The notes beneath the pieces were generated by a model, which had not been told where the DNA came from, ran no database searches, and was given only the letters and a program-made list of their open reading frames with translations. 64,000 nt of DNA, taken from Octopus sinensis (lineage: Eukaryota). The DNA is taken from positions 17,732,001-17,796,000 of the forward strand of contig NC_043004.1 in the NCBI RefSeq assembly GCF_006345805.1, written 5' to 3'. Below are positions 41,996 through 53,945 of the stretch, one piece after another. A program made the position numbers and the translations under genes. Each line of letters starts with the position of its first letter. The first letter of the stretch is position 1.

Positions 41996-42785
41996 TTTCT
42001 GCTCTAGACACAAAGCTCGAAATTTGGGGGAGGGGGCCAGTCGATTAGATTGCCCAGAACGCAACTGGCAATTAATTTATCGACCCCGAAAAGATGAAAG
42101 GCAAAGTCTGCCTTGGCGGTGTTTGAACTCAGAACGTAAAAACAGGCGAAATACCGCTACGCATTTTTCCCTGCGTGCTAACTATTTTGGGAGGGGGCCA
42201 GTCGATTAGATCGACTCCAGTACGCAACTGGTACTTAATTTATCGACCCCGAAAAGATGAAAGGCAAAGTCGACCTCAGCGGAATTTGAACTCAGAACGT
42301 AAAGACAGACGAAACACCGCAGAGTATTTCGCCAGGTACGCTTACGTTTCTTATTTCTTTATTGCCCACAAGGGGCTAAACATAGAGAGGACAAACAAGG
42401 ACAGACAAAGGGATTATGTCGATTACATCGACCCCAGTACGTAACTAGTACTTAATTTATCGACCCTGAAAGAATGAAAGGCAAAGTCGACCTCGGCGGA
42501 ATTTGAACTCAGAACGTAACGGCAGACGAAATACCTATTTCTTTACTACCCACAAGGGGCTAAACACAGAGAGAACAAACAAGAACAGACAAACAGATTA
42601 AGCCGATTATATCGACCCCAGTGCGTAACTGGTACTTATATAATCGACCCCGAAAGGATAAAAGGCAAAGTCGACCTCGGCGGAATTTGAACTCAGAACG
42701 TAGCGGCAGACGAAATACCTATTTCTTTACTACTCACAAGCGGCTAAACGCAGAGAGGACAAACAAGGACAGATAAACGGATTAT
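41996..42785 (-). mobile_element. Head-to-tail multimer of a second SINE family (B box + Meta/MESC-like domain)
   Basis: Four units start near 42040, 42201, 42418 and 42602, each with gagttcaaattcc and gtcgactttgcctttcatcctttcggggtcgataaa on the minus strand. The family is abundant across the window (e.g. 9943-10090, 16620-16790, 27985-28200, 28370-28770, 51455-51790). Confidence 0.8.
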
Positions 42786-43039
42786 TTCAAGAGCCTTTGA
42801 AATATTTTAAGATGTAATGGAAGGCAGGTAATCAAGATGAACTTAATAAGTTCACTAGATATATGGAATTTATGCAATTCTAAATAGAAAAGTTTTAAAA
42901 GATTTTATTTCACTTTATTCAATTTATTTATTTTATTAAATTTCTTAATAATCTATGCAGGTTAAATAAAAACTAGTATGGTATATTATTTCCTTATTTG
43001 GTTACAAAACATTAAGATTTGAAAATTTAGGAATAGTCA

Positions 43040-43420
43040 GAATGCTATTATTTAAAATACTTAAAAGTACGGGTTGCACAATGTATGCGGGATACTCCTA
43101 GATCAAAACGGTTATTCAATACGTTTATATTATTCCTATGTTTCAGAATTTTATATGTCTTCATAGAACAAAGTTCACATCCATCACTACTATTTTTATA
43201 AGGCTGTGCCTTTCTTATTATATCCCATTTTAGGTTAAACTCGATATTTTTTCCTTTCAATTCCCAAATTTTACTAGACAGCGTTGTGCAACCCGCCTTA
43301 TGTTTAAATCTAAAACTAGATAAATGATTGTTTAAGCGTTTTTCAGATCTATCGAACATCCAAAATAAAAATAGCTATTATTTGAAGTCATTACTGTACA
43401 TTTATAAATTACGTTTTGGA
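43040..43420 (-). mobile_element. Penelope-like GIY-YIG endonuclease remnant
   Basis: NVIYKCTV...YFYFGCS, then (frameshift) KRLNNHLSSFRFKHK...LSSKIWELKGKNIEFNLKWDII...CELC...LNNR. Confidence 0.75.
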
Positions 43421-43674
43421 CTAGACACCGACCAGATACCGGACACCTTGATCTAATTCTACAATTACAACTGAGGGTGGGGGTGATTTCTGATATTAGT
43501 ATTATTTAGGAACAAGCTGTTTTCATTGTTATTATTAGAGCTACTGTTGACATTAGTATTATTTCCCTTATCTATAATTATATTGTTAGGTAAGTTAGAG
43601 TTGCTTGTTACTAATTTTTCTCCATTCTCTCACTTCCACATTTTTGTTATTATCATTTATATATATCATTATAT

Positions 43675-43711
<37 letters not shown>

Positions 43712-43722
43712 CTATATATATA

Positions 43723-43765
<43 letters not shown>

Positions 43766-44340
43766 TATATATTATATATATATATATTATAATTTATACA
43801 TAAGGACATTTAGATATCTATCTATCTCTCTCTCTATATATATATACACACAAAAAAGAACGCGACAAAGAGAAATACAAAGCCGTACTAAACATCTAAA
43901 CATACGCATACACAAATTCATTTGTTAATGTATCCGATAAAAAGCTAGATACCATTTATCAGTTAAGAATGCCGTCGTGATTAAATAGGGACGTAGCGAA
44001 TGCAATATTTTGTGTAAATATTTAAAACGAGATTCTAGAAGTTGCAACAATTACTATTAATAGAAAGGATTTATTAAATATTTTATTAGCACTGGAAATT
44101 CTCAGGATATCAAAGGGTAGATAAGAAGAGAATAAACGAGTAATAGATTGAGTAAGTATATATATATCAACTTGTATGTATATATACATGAATAAAATGT
44201 AAAACATATTTGATTGAATGGAGTTCTATTTGGATATGCAAAACAACAATGGAGAGTGAATTGTAACTTTGGTACTCTGTTACTAATTGTTTGTGATTCA
44301 GTAAGCTTTTCCGGTCCGCATTTGGCATTAATATGTTTCG

Positions 44341-44392
44341 TGCTGTATAAATATAGCAGCCAATCTGCGATCAGCCCTTAATGACGTCAGCA
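44341..44392. promoter_or_regulatory. Clustered TATA-like, CCAAT and CRE motifs
   Basis: tataaata at 44346-44353, ccaat at 44360-44364 and palindromic TGACGTCA at 44382-44389, in sequence not recognised as repeat. Confidence 0.3.
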
Positions 44393-44671
44393 AAGTATTT
44401 GGCTTTGTTAGTTACATTCCCAATGAAATGTATGTGCGTAGAAATACGACGACTAAATGTCTTCTTAAGAGCGTTTGTGTGTTTGCATCTAAGGTCCTAC
44501 TTTCTGTTCTAAACAGATATAAGCAGCAGGGACGGAAGAGATCAATACACTGATAGAGATAATATCTTTCGAGTTCTCCATTGAGTTCTTCCTCTTCCTT
44601 TTAAATACTTTGCAAAAGGAATAACTCTTATACTGAGAGGCTCGACTTCAGCGTTAGTTTTGTACAAGTAT

Positions 44672-44714
<43 letters not shown>

Positions 44715-44834
44715 CATATACAGAGAGAGAGAGAGATGCATACATACATGCATGCATACATACATACATACATACATACATACATACATACATACATACA
44801 TGCATACAAAGATTTATTGACATATAAATAGATA

Positions 44835-44901
44835 AATGGATAGATAGATAGAGATGATAGATAGATAGATAGATAGATAGATAGAGATAGATAATAGATA
44901 G

Positions 44902-44995
<94 letters not shown>

Positions 44996-45003
44996 GGATA
45001 GAT
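44835..45003. repeat. (GATA)n microsatellite
   Basis: Direct tetranucleotide run. Confidence 0.95.
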
Positions 45004-45823
45004 ACTCAACTGGTACTTATTTTATAGACGCCGAAAGCATGAAAGGCAAAGTTGACCTCGGAGGAATATGAATTCAGAACGGACGAAATGTCGGCAAACA
45101 TTTTGTCCGTCGCGGTAACGATTCTGCCAATTCACCGTCTTACAAATTTGTGTAATATTGATTTCAAATTTTGGCACCAAGCCAGCAGTTTGGGAAAGGT
45201 GCGAGTCGATTACATCGACCTCAGTGCTTAACGGTACATATTTTATTAACACACTAAAGGATGAAAGGCAAAGCTGGTCCCGGCAGAATTCGAACTCAGA
45301 GCAAAAAGACGGATGAAATGCTGCTAAGGATTTTGCCCGGCGTGTTAAGAATTTAGCTAGCTCACCGCCTTGAACTGATTTCCTATTTTGACATTTGTAA
45401 GACAGCCAATATTTATTAATAACTTCTACGCTTAGTCCAGATTAATCCGTTAAATTTTCTAGGATAAAGGAGTGGTTTAGAGGCTATATTTAAACTTTAT
45501 CCGTAATCTCCTATCAATAGTGTTTCAGACAGGAAACTGTCATATCCACTTTTAATTTTCTACAATTCATATATATTATTCATTTCTCATACATACATAT
45601 TTACATACATACATGTACGCGCGCGCACTCACACAACACACAAAATGGCAGTATGGTACGAAGTTTGCTTCCCAACCACATGGTTCCCGGTTCAATCCCA
45701 TTGCATGGCACCATGGGCAAATGTCCTCTACTAAGGCATGAGACCGACCAAAACGTTTTAAGCGGATTTGGTAGGCGGAAACTGAAACAAACCCATTATA
45801 TATATATATATATATATATATAT

Positions 45824-46230
45824 GGCCTGCTCGCTTAGCCAGCGGGGTGGTATCATTCAAATGATACGCATTGTGAACGCATTGTGACCAGCGATGTGTA
45901 ACAACATCTGATAGTCTGGTCCGTCACGTGACGTGACAATATATATATATATGTAAGGCGACCAGGCTATTAGATGTTGCTACACATCGCTGGTCACAAT
46001 GCGCTTCGCATTGTTTCAGCCTTCAAATGACGCCACCCCCGCTGGCTAAGCGAGCAGGTCAACAGAAGAAAGAGTGAGAGAAAGTTGCAGCGAAAGAGTA
46101 CAGCAGGGATCGCCACCCATTCCCTGCCGGAGCTTTGTGGAGCTTTAGGTGTTTTTGCTCAACAAACACTCACAACGCCCGGTCTGGGAATCGAAACCGC
46201 GATCCTACGACCGCGAGTCCGCTGCCCTAA

Positions 46231-46232
<2 letters not shown>
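45824..46232. mobile_element. Tail-to-tail inverted SINE pair
   Basis: Minus-strand tRNA SINE at 45961-46232. Its tail is repeated inverted at 45826-45920 (cctgctcgcttagccagcggggtgg / ccacccccgctggctaagcgagcagg). Confidence 0.8.
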
Positions 46233-46277
<45 letters not shown>

Positions 46278-46317
46278 ATGTGGAAAACGTAATACTCGAA
46301 TACCAAGAGTACAGTAA

Positions 46318-46482
46318 TATGCTTTATTATAAAAGCTGCTGCAAAATATTCACAGATCTGTTACTCAGAGTTTCATGTTCCCGTTCGTCGGACAGTTATG
46401 ATAAGCTCTGTCCGACGAATGGGGAGGTGAACGGGAAGTAACCGTTCTGTTAATGTTTTGCAGCTTTTATAATAAAGTATAT
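46318..46482. repeat. ~165-bp palindromic MITE
   Basis: Outer arms gctttattataaaagctgc / gcagcttttataataaagt; central arms ttcgtcggacag / ctgtccgacgaa. Confidence 0.8.
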
Positions 46483-46529
46483 ATAATATATAATATTTAT
46501 ATAAACATATCTCCATCAAAGTTGTTGGT

Positions 46530-46830
46530 GATACCTCACAGAAGTATTCTAACTTATTCGGGGTTGCTCTGCAACGTCAGCTGCCTTACAATGGGATATT
46601 GCTTTCTAGAAACACCCTTGCCTGAAGGTCCAGGTTGACTTCAGTGCGATGATGCTAATTCCTTACTTCTCCAGTGGAATTGTCCAATCAATCTGTTGAT
46701 TATGGCAAGAAGAATCCGAAGGTTCTGTGCAAACTTTCGCTGGTTAAGTCCGCCATCAGATTGACCGACAATATTCCCTCTTTGAAAATCACACAACACT
46801 TTTGCTTCTGGTGTTCAGAGTAGGGCTAGA
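46530..46830 (-). mobile_element. Tc1 transposase N-terminal (HTH) remnant
   Basis: AKVLCDFQRGNIVGQSDGGLNQRKFAQNLRILLAIINRLI resembles the Tc1 paired-like HTH start. Confidence 0.6.
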
Positions 46831-46993
46831 GATTATATACAATTAAATTACTGTAATCTAAAATGAAAAATAATAATAACCCATTAACAAGTTTGAAGTA
46901 CCGGGTAATGTCCGCAAAAATAAAACAATAACGAGAGGTGTCTCTTTACTTTTAAGATGTCTGTACTCTTACCGTCACTCCGTTAGTCTATGT

Positions 46994-47093
46994 NNNNNNN
47001 NNNNNNNNNNNNNNNNNNNNNNNNNNNNNNNNNNNNNNNNNNNNNNNNNNNNNNNNNNNNNNNNNNNNNNNNNNNNNNNNNNNNNNNNNNNNN
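46994..47093. other. Assembly gap (100 N)
   Basis: Run of N; true gap size unknown. Confidence 1.
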
Positions 47094-48034
47094 TGTATGT
47101 ATGTAGATGCATGCGTCTGTGTATGTTTATTATCTTACAATAGTACAGTCGTTTCAATATATAGTGTGTTATGAAACTTAGGAATGAATATGCTTAATAA
47201 TACAATATACATTTATATGTTAGAAAAAAAGTAATAATAATAACATCATATCCAACACGAGACATCAGAAAAGTCAAGGGTGGGAGAAGCTACAAAGACA
47301 TCCACGCGCCGCGGCTTAAGAAATTTACGTCCGTAAGCCCTTCATTTCCAGTGGAGTTTAGGTTACCGAAGACTTTTTTCCACTGTTCTCGACTCTGAGC
47401 TGTAACATCGACCCTTCTCATGTCCTGTTGATTTCAATTGTCATCTTTACTCTTTTACTTGTTTCAGCCATTTGACTGCGGCCATGCTGGAGCACCGCCT
47501 TTAGTCGAGCAAATCGACCCCAGGACTTATTATTTGTAAGCCCAGTACTTATTCTATCAGTCTCTTTTGCCAAACCGCTAAATTGCGGGGACGCAAACAC
47601 ACCAGCATCAGTTGTCAAGCGATGTTGGGGGGACAAACACAGTCATACAAACACACACACACAGATATACATATACATATATACGACGGGCTTCTTTTAG
47701 TTTCCGTCCACCAAATCCACTCACAAGTCTTTGTCGGCCCGAGGCTATAGTAGAAGATACTTGCCCAAGGTGCCACGCAGTGGGACTGAACCCAGAACTA
47801 TGTGGTTGGTAAGAAAGATACTCACCACGCAGCCACTTTGTATAACTTTGCTATTTTCTACGTAGGGGTGTTGGACCTACGCATTTTTACATCTGCGGAG
47901 ATGTGATCAACATTAGGCAGGTTATACCCTTTGACCTGTCCAGCATAGGAATCCCTACCAAGAGCTTGCAATCGGCTGGCATAACTTCTAGGATGACTGA
48001 GCATAAAAGCGACCTCACTGCAGCGGCAACTGTA

Positions 48035-48323
48035 TATTGAGCGAAAACACCTAAAGCTCCACGAGGTTCCGGCAGGGAGTGGTGGCGACCCCGGTTGTAC
48101 TCTTTCGCTCCAACTTTCTCTCACTCTTTCTTCCTGTTTCTTGTCCCCGACTTCCTACGCAACCGCTGAGCTTGGATGCGCATTCATCCATCCGTCGATG
48201 CTCTCGGTGTCGCGGGGTTGACCTGCTTTCTCTTCTGCGGGTCTTACGAATAGCAAAGGACTACGTTTCGGACTTCTCCCACTGGACGAAGACCGCTATG
48301 CTCAACAGCAACTGCAACAGCAA
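48035..48323 (+). mobile_element. 5'-truncated tRNA-SINE variant with 14-bp TSD
   Basis: TSD cagcggcaactgta at 48021-48034 and 48324-48337. The body matches 12540-12650 but the tail differs. Confidence 0.75.
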
Positions 48324-48915
48324 CAGCGGCAACTGTAAATTGTGATTTGCCAAAGCATTCTGTCGATCTGAAAGATTGTTATAGAGTTTATTCTTAAGAG
48401 TAAAATTAAAACCTATAACAACAAAGTGAAATCTGTTCTAATATTTGGTTGAGAATAAGCTGGCCAGCCGGCAGACTCGTTAGCACACTGAGCAAATGGT
48501 TAGCGGCATTTCGTACGTCTTTACGCTCTGACTTCAAATTTCGCCGAGGTGGACTTCCTTCATCCTTTGGGAGTCGATAAAACAAGTACCAGTTGACCAC
48601 TGGGGTCGGAGTAAATTATGAATGTGTTATATACATATACATGCGTACAAATATACATATATACATACATACATACATATATATACATATATATAAGAAA
48701 TATTGAGTTTCTAAATCTCTCGTAGACGAGGTGTACGGTGGTGGAGCGATATAATGGTTGTATACTGTCAATCTAACAAGAACGTGACAGTAGGGGGTAC
48801 ACCACCGTTATAAGCCCTAGGAGGCATCGAACGCCTCCTGACAGCTTCGACAACATTTTATCTGTGTCCTTATATACACATACGAAGGGGAGACAAACAC
48901 CCGCAACTGCCGGAA

Positions 48916-48973
48916 CTGCATCTAGGGACACCGTGTTTCAGGATCATTGTCCTTCATCGGCCTAGAGTAGCAG
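48916..48973 (-). ncRNA. Type I hammerhead ribozyme (U4C core variant)
   Basis: ctgc-tac-tctagg CCGATGA agga-caatga-tcct GAAA cacggtg TC cctaga-t-gcag; GUC triplet with C17 at 48927. Confidence 0.85.
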
Positions 48974-49582
48974 ACACCGGTCAGCTGGCGATGTCTGTCT
49001 CGACTTCGTATCTGTATATATCTATAGTCAGTGAAGTCTATTCACTGATTATCAAAATAAGAAATATTGAGTTTCTAAATCTCTCGTAGAGAGGTGTACG
49101 GTGGTGGAGCGATATAATGGTTGTATACTGTCAATCTAACAAGAACGTGACAGTAGGGGGTACACCACCGTTATATAGCCCTAGGAGGCATCGAACGCCT
49201 CCTGACAGCTTCGACACATTTTATCCTGTGTCCTTATATACACATACGAAGGGGAGACAAACACCCCCAACTGCCGGAACTGCATCTAGGGACACCGTGT
49301 TTCAGGATCATTGTCCTTCATTGTATGTGTATATAAGGACACAGGATAAAATGTGTCGAAGCTGTCAGGAGGCGTTCGATGCCTCCTAGGGTGTACCCCC
49401 TACTGTCACGTTCTTGTTAGATTGACAGTATACAACCATTATATCGCTCCACCACCGTACACCTCTCTACGAGAGATTTAGAAACTCAATATTTCTTATT
49501 TTGATAATCAGTGAATAGACTTCACTGACTATAGATATATACAGATACGAAGTCGAGACAGACATCGCCAGCTGACCGGTGT

Positions 49583-49640
49583 CTGCTACTCTAGGCCGAT
49601 GAAGGACAATGATCCTGAAACACGGTGTCCCTAGATGCAG
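49583..49640 (+). ncRNA. Type I hammerhead ribozyme (U4C core variant)
   Basis: Identical motif on the + strand; C17 at 49629. Confidence 0.85.
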
Positions 49641-50694
49641 TTCCGGCAGTTGCGGGTGTTTGTCTCCCCTTCGTATGTGTATATAAGGACATAGGATAAA
49701 ATGTGTCGAAGCTGTCAGGAGGCGTTCGATGCCTCCTAGGGCTATATAACGGTGGTGTACCCCCTACTGTCACGTTCTTGTTAGATTGACAGTATACAAC
49801 CATTATATATATATATATATATAGTTTGATTTTACAGAAAGCAAAAGACAAAAACTGAAAGAAAAACAAGTAGGTGTATTAGGTTGACGCTCGGTTAGAA
49901 TGGAAAATCTTTTACGTTGGGAACTTACCCTCTTCGACAGAAAGGATTCAGAGAGGGGGAAAGAAAGGAGTGAGAATAAAACAAACGAAAATACGGAGAG
50001 AGAAAATGTATAGGGATTAACAGGTCAACATGATGAATATATATATATATAAATGTATATATATGTGTATGTGTGTATGTATGTATATACAAGACACGTA
50101 CATACCTTATGTGCATACATACATGCACACATACCTACACACACCCCTCCATATATGGTTATTTGTTTTCCAATGTGATAAGTAACTATTACTATCAGAT
50201 AGGAACGCTGCTATTTTAGAAGAAAATATTAAACGAAACGAAATAAAACATTTTGCGTTAATATTTATCTGAAATTCTGTAATCTGCAACGAATTCTATT
50301 AATATTAAGAATTTATGAAATATTTCTAAAACACAATGATAATTCTGTGATATCAAATATGTAGATAAAGAGAAGAGTACAAAACAGTAAGAAAGAATTC
50401 GAAAAATAGGGTCGTAAAAATAATAACGGAATTAATAATGATAGATATCTATTTGAAGAGAAATATATTTCTGGCCGGAATCAGATCGCCATGTTGATTC
50501 GCTAGCTTCTGCACGCATTTTTTTCTCTCCTTGTTTCTTTCTGTGTTTCTTTTCTGTGTATCTTTCTGTTGAAGAGCGTAGGCTCGAAACGTAAAAGACT
50601 TGTTTTATTTATATTCCTGAGCGCCATACTAATACAATTGTTTGTTTATATTCCATCTGCCTTCGTCTTTTGTTTATTTTCATAAAGCTTCCCG

Positions 50695-50752
<58 letters not shown>

Positions 50753-52630
50753 ATGTGTGTGTGTGTGTGTATAAATTAAAATAATAACACTATATATACC
50801 TAAATCTTAACTTCGGCACTTGGCAATAATAATAAGGAATGAATAAGGAAAGTTCTTTGATACTTCCAACAGAATTATGGTCTCAGCCTATATAGAATAT
50901 ACATTGAAACTGTATGAAATGCGACTACCAATCTGCAATCATCCTTTGATAACAATAGAGCTTGTATTGGCTTTGACAGTAAATGTATATCGACCTAGAA
51001 TATATTGAAGCTTAGCAGTAAACATTTCAATATGAATGACGATTGTCCTATTTAGTGTACTAAATAGATATAAGCTCAACTATTTGATGTGATAAACAAT
51101 TTGGTAGAGATTATATCGTTTGATTTCTTAATTGCCATCTTTTATTTACATCCTCTGTGCGAGAAATATTCCCTCATGTCTTGCAAAATTTCGTTTCAGC
51201 ATTAATTCTACACACACACAACATACACACACACAAACACACACACACACACACGCACACACACACAACACACACACACACAACACACACACACACACAC
51301 ACATATACACATACACACACTCACATAACATACGCGCGCGCGCACACATATTACAATATGTCAAAGTTGATAGTCTGCTTTGAGTTTTACTCTGGGCTAG
51401 ACTGTTCCAATCTGTGAACATAGTTTGCACAATGAAACATATATTGATATACTGAAGGCGGCGAGCTGGCAGAAACGTTAGCACGCCGGGTGAAATGCTT
51501 AGCAGTATTTCGTCCGCCGCTGCGTTCTGAGTTCAAATTCCGCCGAGGTCAACTTTGCCTTTCATCCTTTCGGGGTCGATAAATTAAGTACCAGTTACGC
51601 ACTGGGGTCGATGTAGTCGACTTAATCCGTTTGTCTGTCCTTGTTTGTCCCACTGTGTTTAGCCCCTTGTGGGTAGTAAAGAAATAGGTATTTCGTCTGC
51701 GGCTACGTTCTGAGTTCAAATTCCGCCGAGGTCGACTTGGCTTTTCATCCTTTCGGTGCCGATAAATTAAGACTTGGTACAAGACCAAAATTTGAAATCA
51801 ATATATAAAGAATATGAAATAATAAAATATGAAATATATATTGATTTCAAATTTAGGCACAAGACTCGCAATTTAAGGGGAGGGGTTAGTCGATAGTATC
51901 GACCTCACTGCTCAACTGGTACTTATTTTACCAACCCCGAAAGGATGAAAGGCAGATAGACCCTGGTGGAATTTGAACTCAGAACGTAAAGTTGGTAAAA
52001 AATGCCGTTAAACAGTTTTTTTCCCGGCAAGGTAACGATTCTTTTCCACTAAAGGTCTGAAATTTGGAGCGGGGTTACTAGTCGAATACAACGACCCCAG
52101 TGCTTCACTGGTACTTAATTTATCGACCCTGAAAGGATGAAAGACAAAGTCAACATAGGCGGAATTTCAACTCAAAACCTTGCGACGGGCGAAATACCCC
52201 TAAGCATTTCGTCCGGCATGGTAACGATTCTGCCAGTTCGCCAACTTGCACTATGTAAAATATATTAATATATTTTACTACTGTTACATACATATAAAAA
52301 AAACACCCAGGTATTTAGTATGTGTTGTGTGTATAATTAGGTGTATGGCTGATAGAATGGAGTAAGCGGAGCAGGAGCACACACGAAGAGGGAAAGTATC
52401 GCTGAAGAGGTCAGAGATGTGTAACGAAAGATTTCCGGACAATGAACATGAGTTAAAATAAGAACAGTAGTAAAATAATGAAGAATGAATATAGAATGCG
52501 TGTGTTTATTTGGCAAAAAAAAATACCTTCCCGAAATACAACAATATCTGTTTCAACACACGGTTTTACATCAAGAATCCTGCAACACAATTATTTCCTA
52601 AACGTATATGTATATATATATACATACATA

Positions 52631-53790
52631 TACAGGGTGAAGTAAATAAACTGTACTCTAAATTACGCAAAAATGTAAATAACGCTGACATCTCATATCT
52701 TGAAATACCAAAGAGTAAATTTATTCAATAAAATTACCTATTTCTTTATTACCCACAAGAGGCTAAACATAGAGGGGAATTCAATAAAATTACCATTGGC
52801 TTCAACCACGGTCCCCTGACGACTTCGGAATCACCTGCAACTCTTCTGGGCGTGTTTAAATTGGTGAATGCTGCCATAATCATTGCTTTCTGTTCACCTT
52901 TGGTGTTACAAGGAGTTTTGCTGGTCGCTCGCTAACTGCGCCGCGCACATGATAATCAAAGGGGTTGTAGTCTGGGGAGTTAGGTGGCCAGATTTTAGGC
53001 GTGATGTAGTCTAAGAAATTGTCTGACAGTCACGATTGGGTTCTCCTGCTTGTGTAGCATGGTGCAGAGTCCTGTTGCCAGATAGGTATTTCAGCAGCTA
53101 CCTTCTTAACCCAGGGCAGTACTATCTCCTCTGGGCACTTGATGTAGGCCTCCGTGTTGAGTCTGAGGCCGTGTGGGAAGATGAATGAAAGCATAACGTC
53201 ACTATCACTAGTGGTCACTCCAAAACACCATGATATTGACTGGATGTTTGATTTTTATCACTCTCGGTACATGTTTTGGGGAAAAGGCAAGCCAATGTTT
53301 GTCCTGTATATTCACCAACTGATACTGGCAGAAATGTTTCTCGTCTGAGTAAAACAAAAGCATATTTGATTGGAGGGGTTGCTTGAGTTTGTTCAAAAGC
53401 TTCGTAGTGCGATCTTTCCTCATGTCCTTGATGGCTTGGAATAAACATTGGCCTTTTCTCATCTTGTATGAGGAATACTGAATGTCTTCATGCACTACCT
53501 GCTTGATAAGAAACTTAGACACTCCCATGTCCCTGGCGATGGACCTGATTGACATGGAGGGATCGTTGTCAATCACAGCCTGGATCACAGCTGCCTTACC
53601 TTCATAATCACCATTAGACTCATCCAACTCTTTCCGAATCCTCTGCACTGTCCTCAGATTGACACCGAAACACTAAACACTCTGAAATGTTCGTATTGAA
53701 GCTTCCGGCACGAAGGCCAATCAGTACAGCATGTCGTTTCCAAATTTCTGGCAGAATGAATTCCGTCTTGGTGCTGCTTTGCTCACATAT
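52631..53790 (-). mobile_element. Degenerate Tc1/mariner transposon (maT/DD37D-like)
   Basis: LLFYSDEKHF, FIFPHGLRLNTEAYIKC...LPWV and WQQDSAPCY motifs; TA-cagggtg TIR at 52631. Confidence 0.85.
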
Positions 53791-53829
53791 ATATATATGT
53801 ATATATATGTATATATATATATATATATA

Positions 53830-53877
<48 letters not shown>

Positions 53878-53896
53878 ATATAATATATATATATAT

Positions 53897-53945
<49 letters not shown>

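Larger units (their letters stand above)
48693..49808. mobile_element. 364-bp-unit HHR-bearing tandem + inverted array (retrozyme-like)
   Basis: ataagaaatattgag at 48693 and 49057 gives a period of 364. An inversion junction at 49320/49321 is followed by about 1.3 reverse-complement units. Flanked by (TA)n/(TACA)n; no recognisable ORF. Confidence 0.85.

Noticed and set aside
41996-42785. CRISPR-like periodic array
   Set aside because: Units are ~160-220 bp SINE monomers without unique spacers, in a eukaryotic context with no cas genes.
49117-49869. 90-92 aa ORFs MVVYCQSNKNVT… on both strands
   Set aside because: They are by-products of the 364-bp repeat and its inversion, with no recognisable domain.
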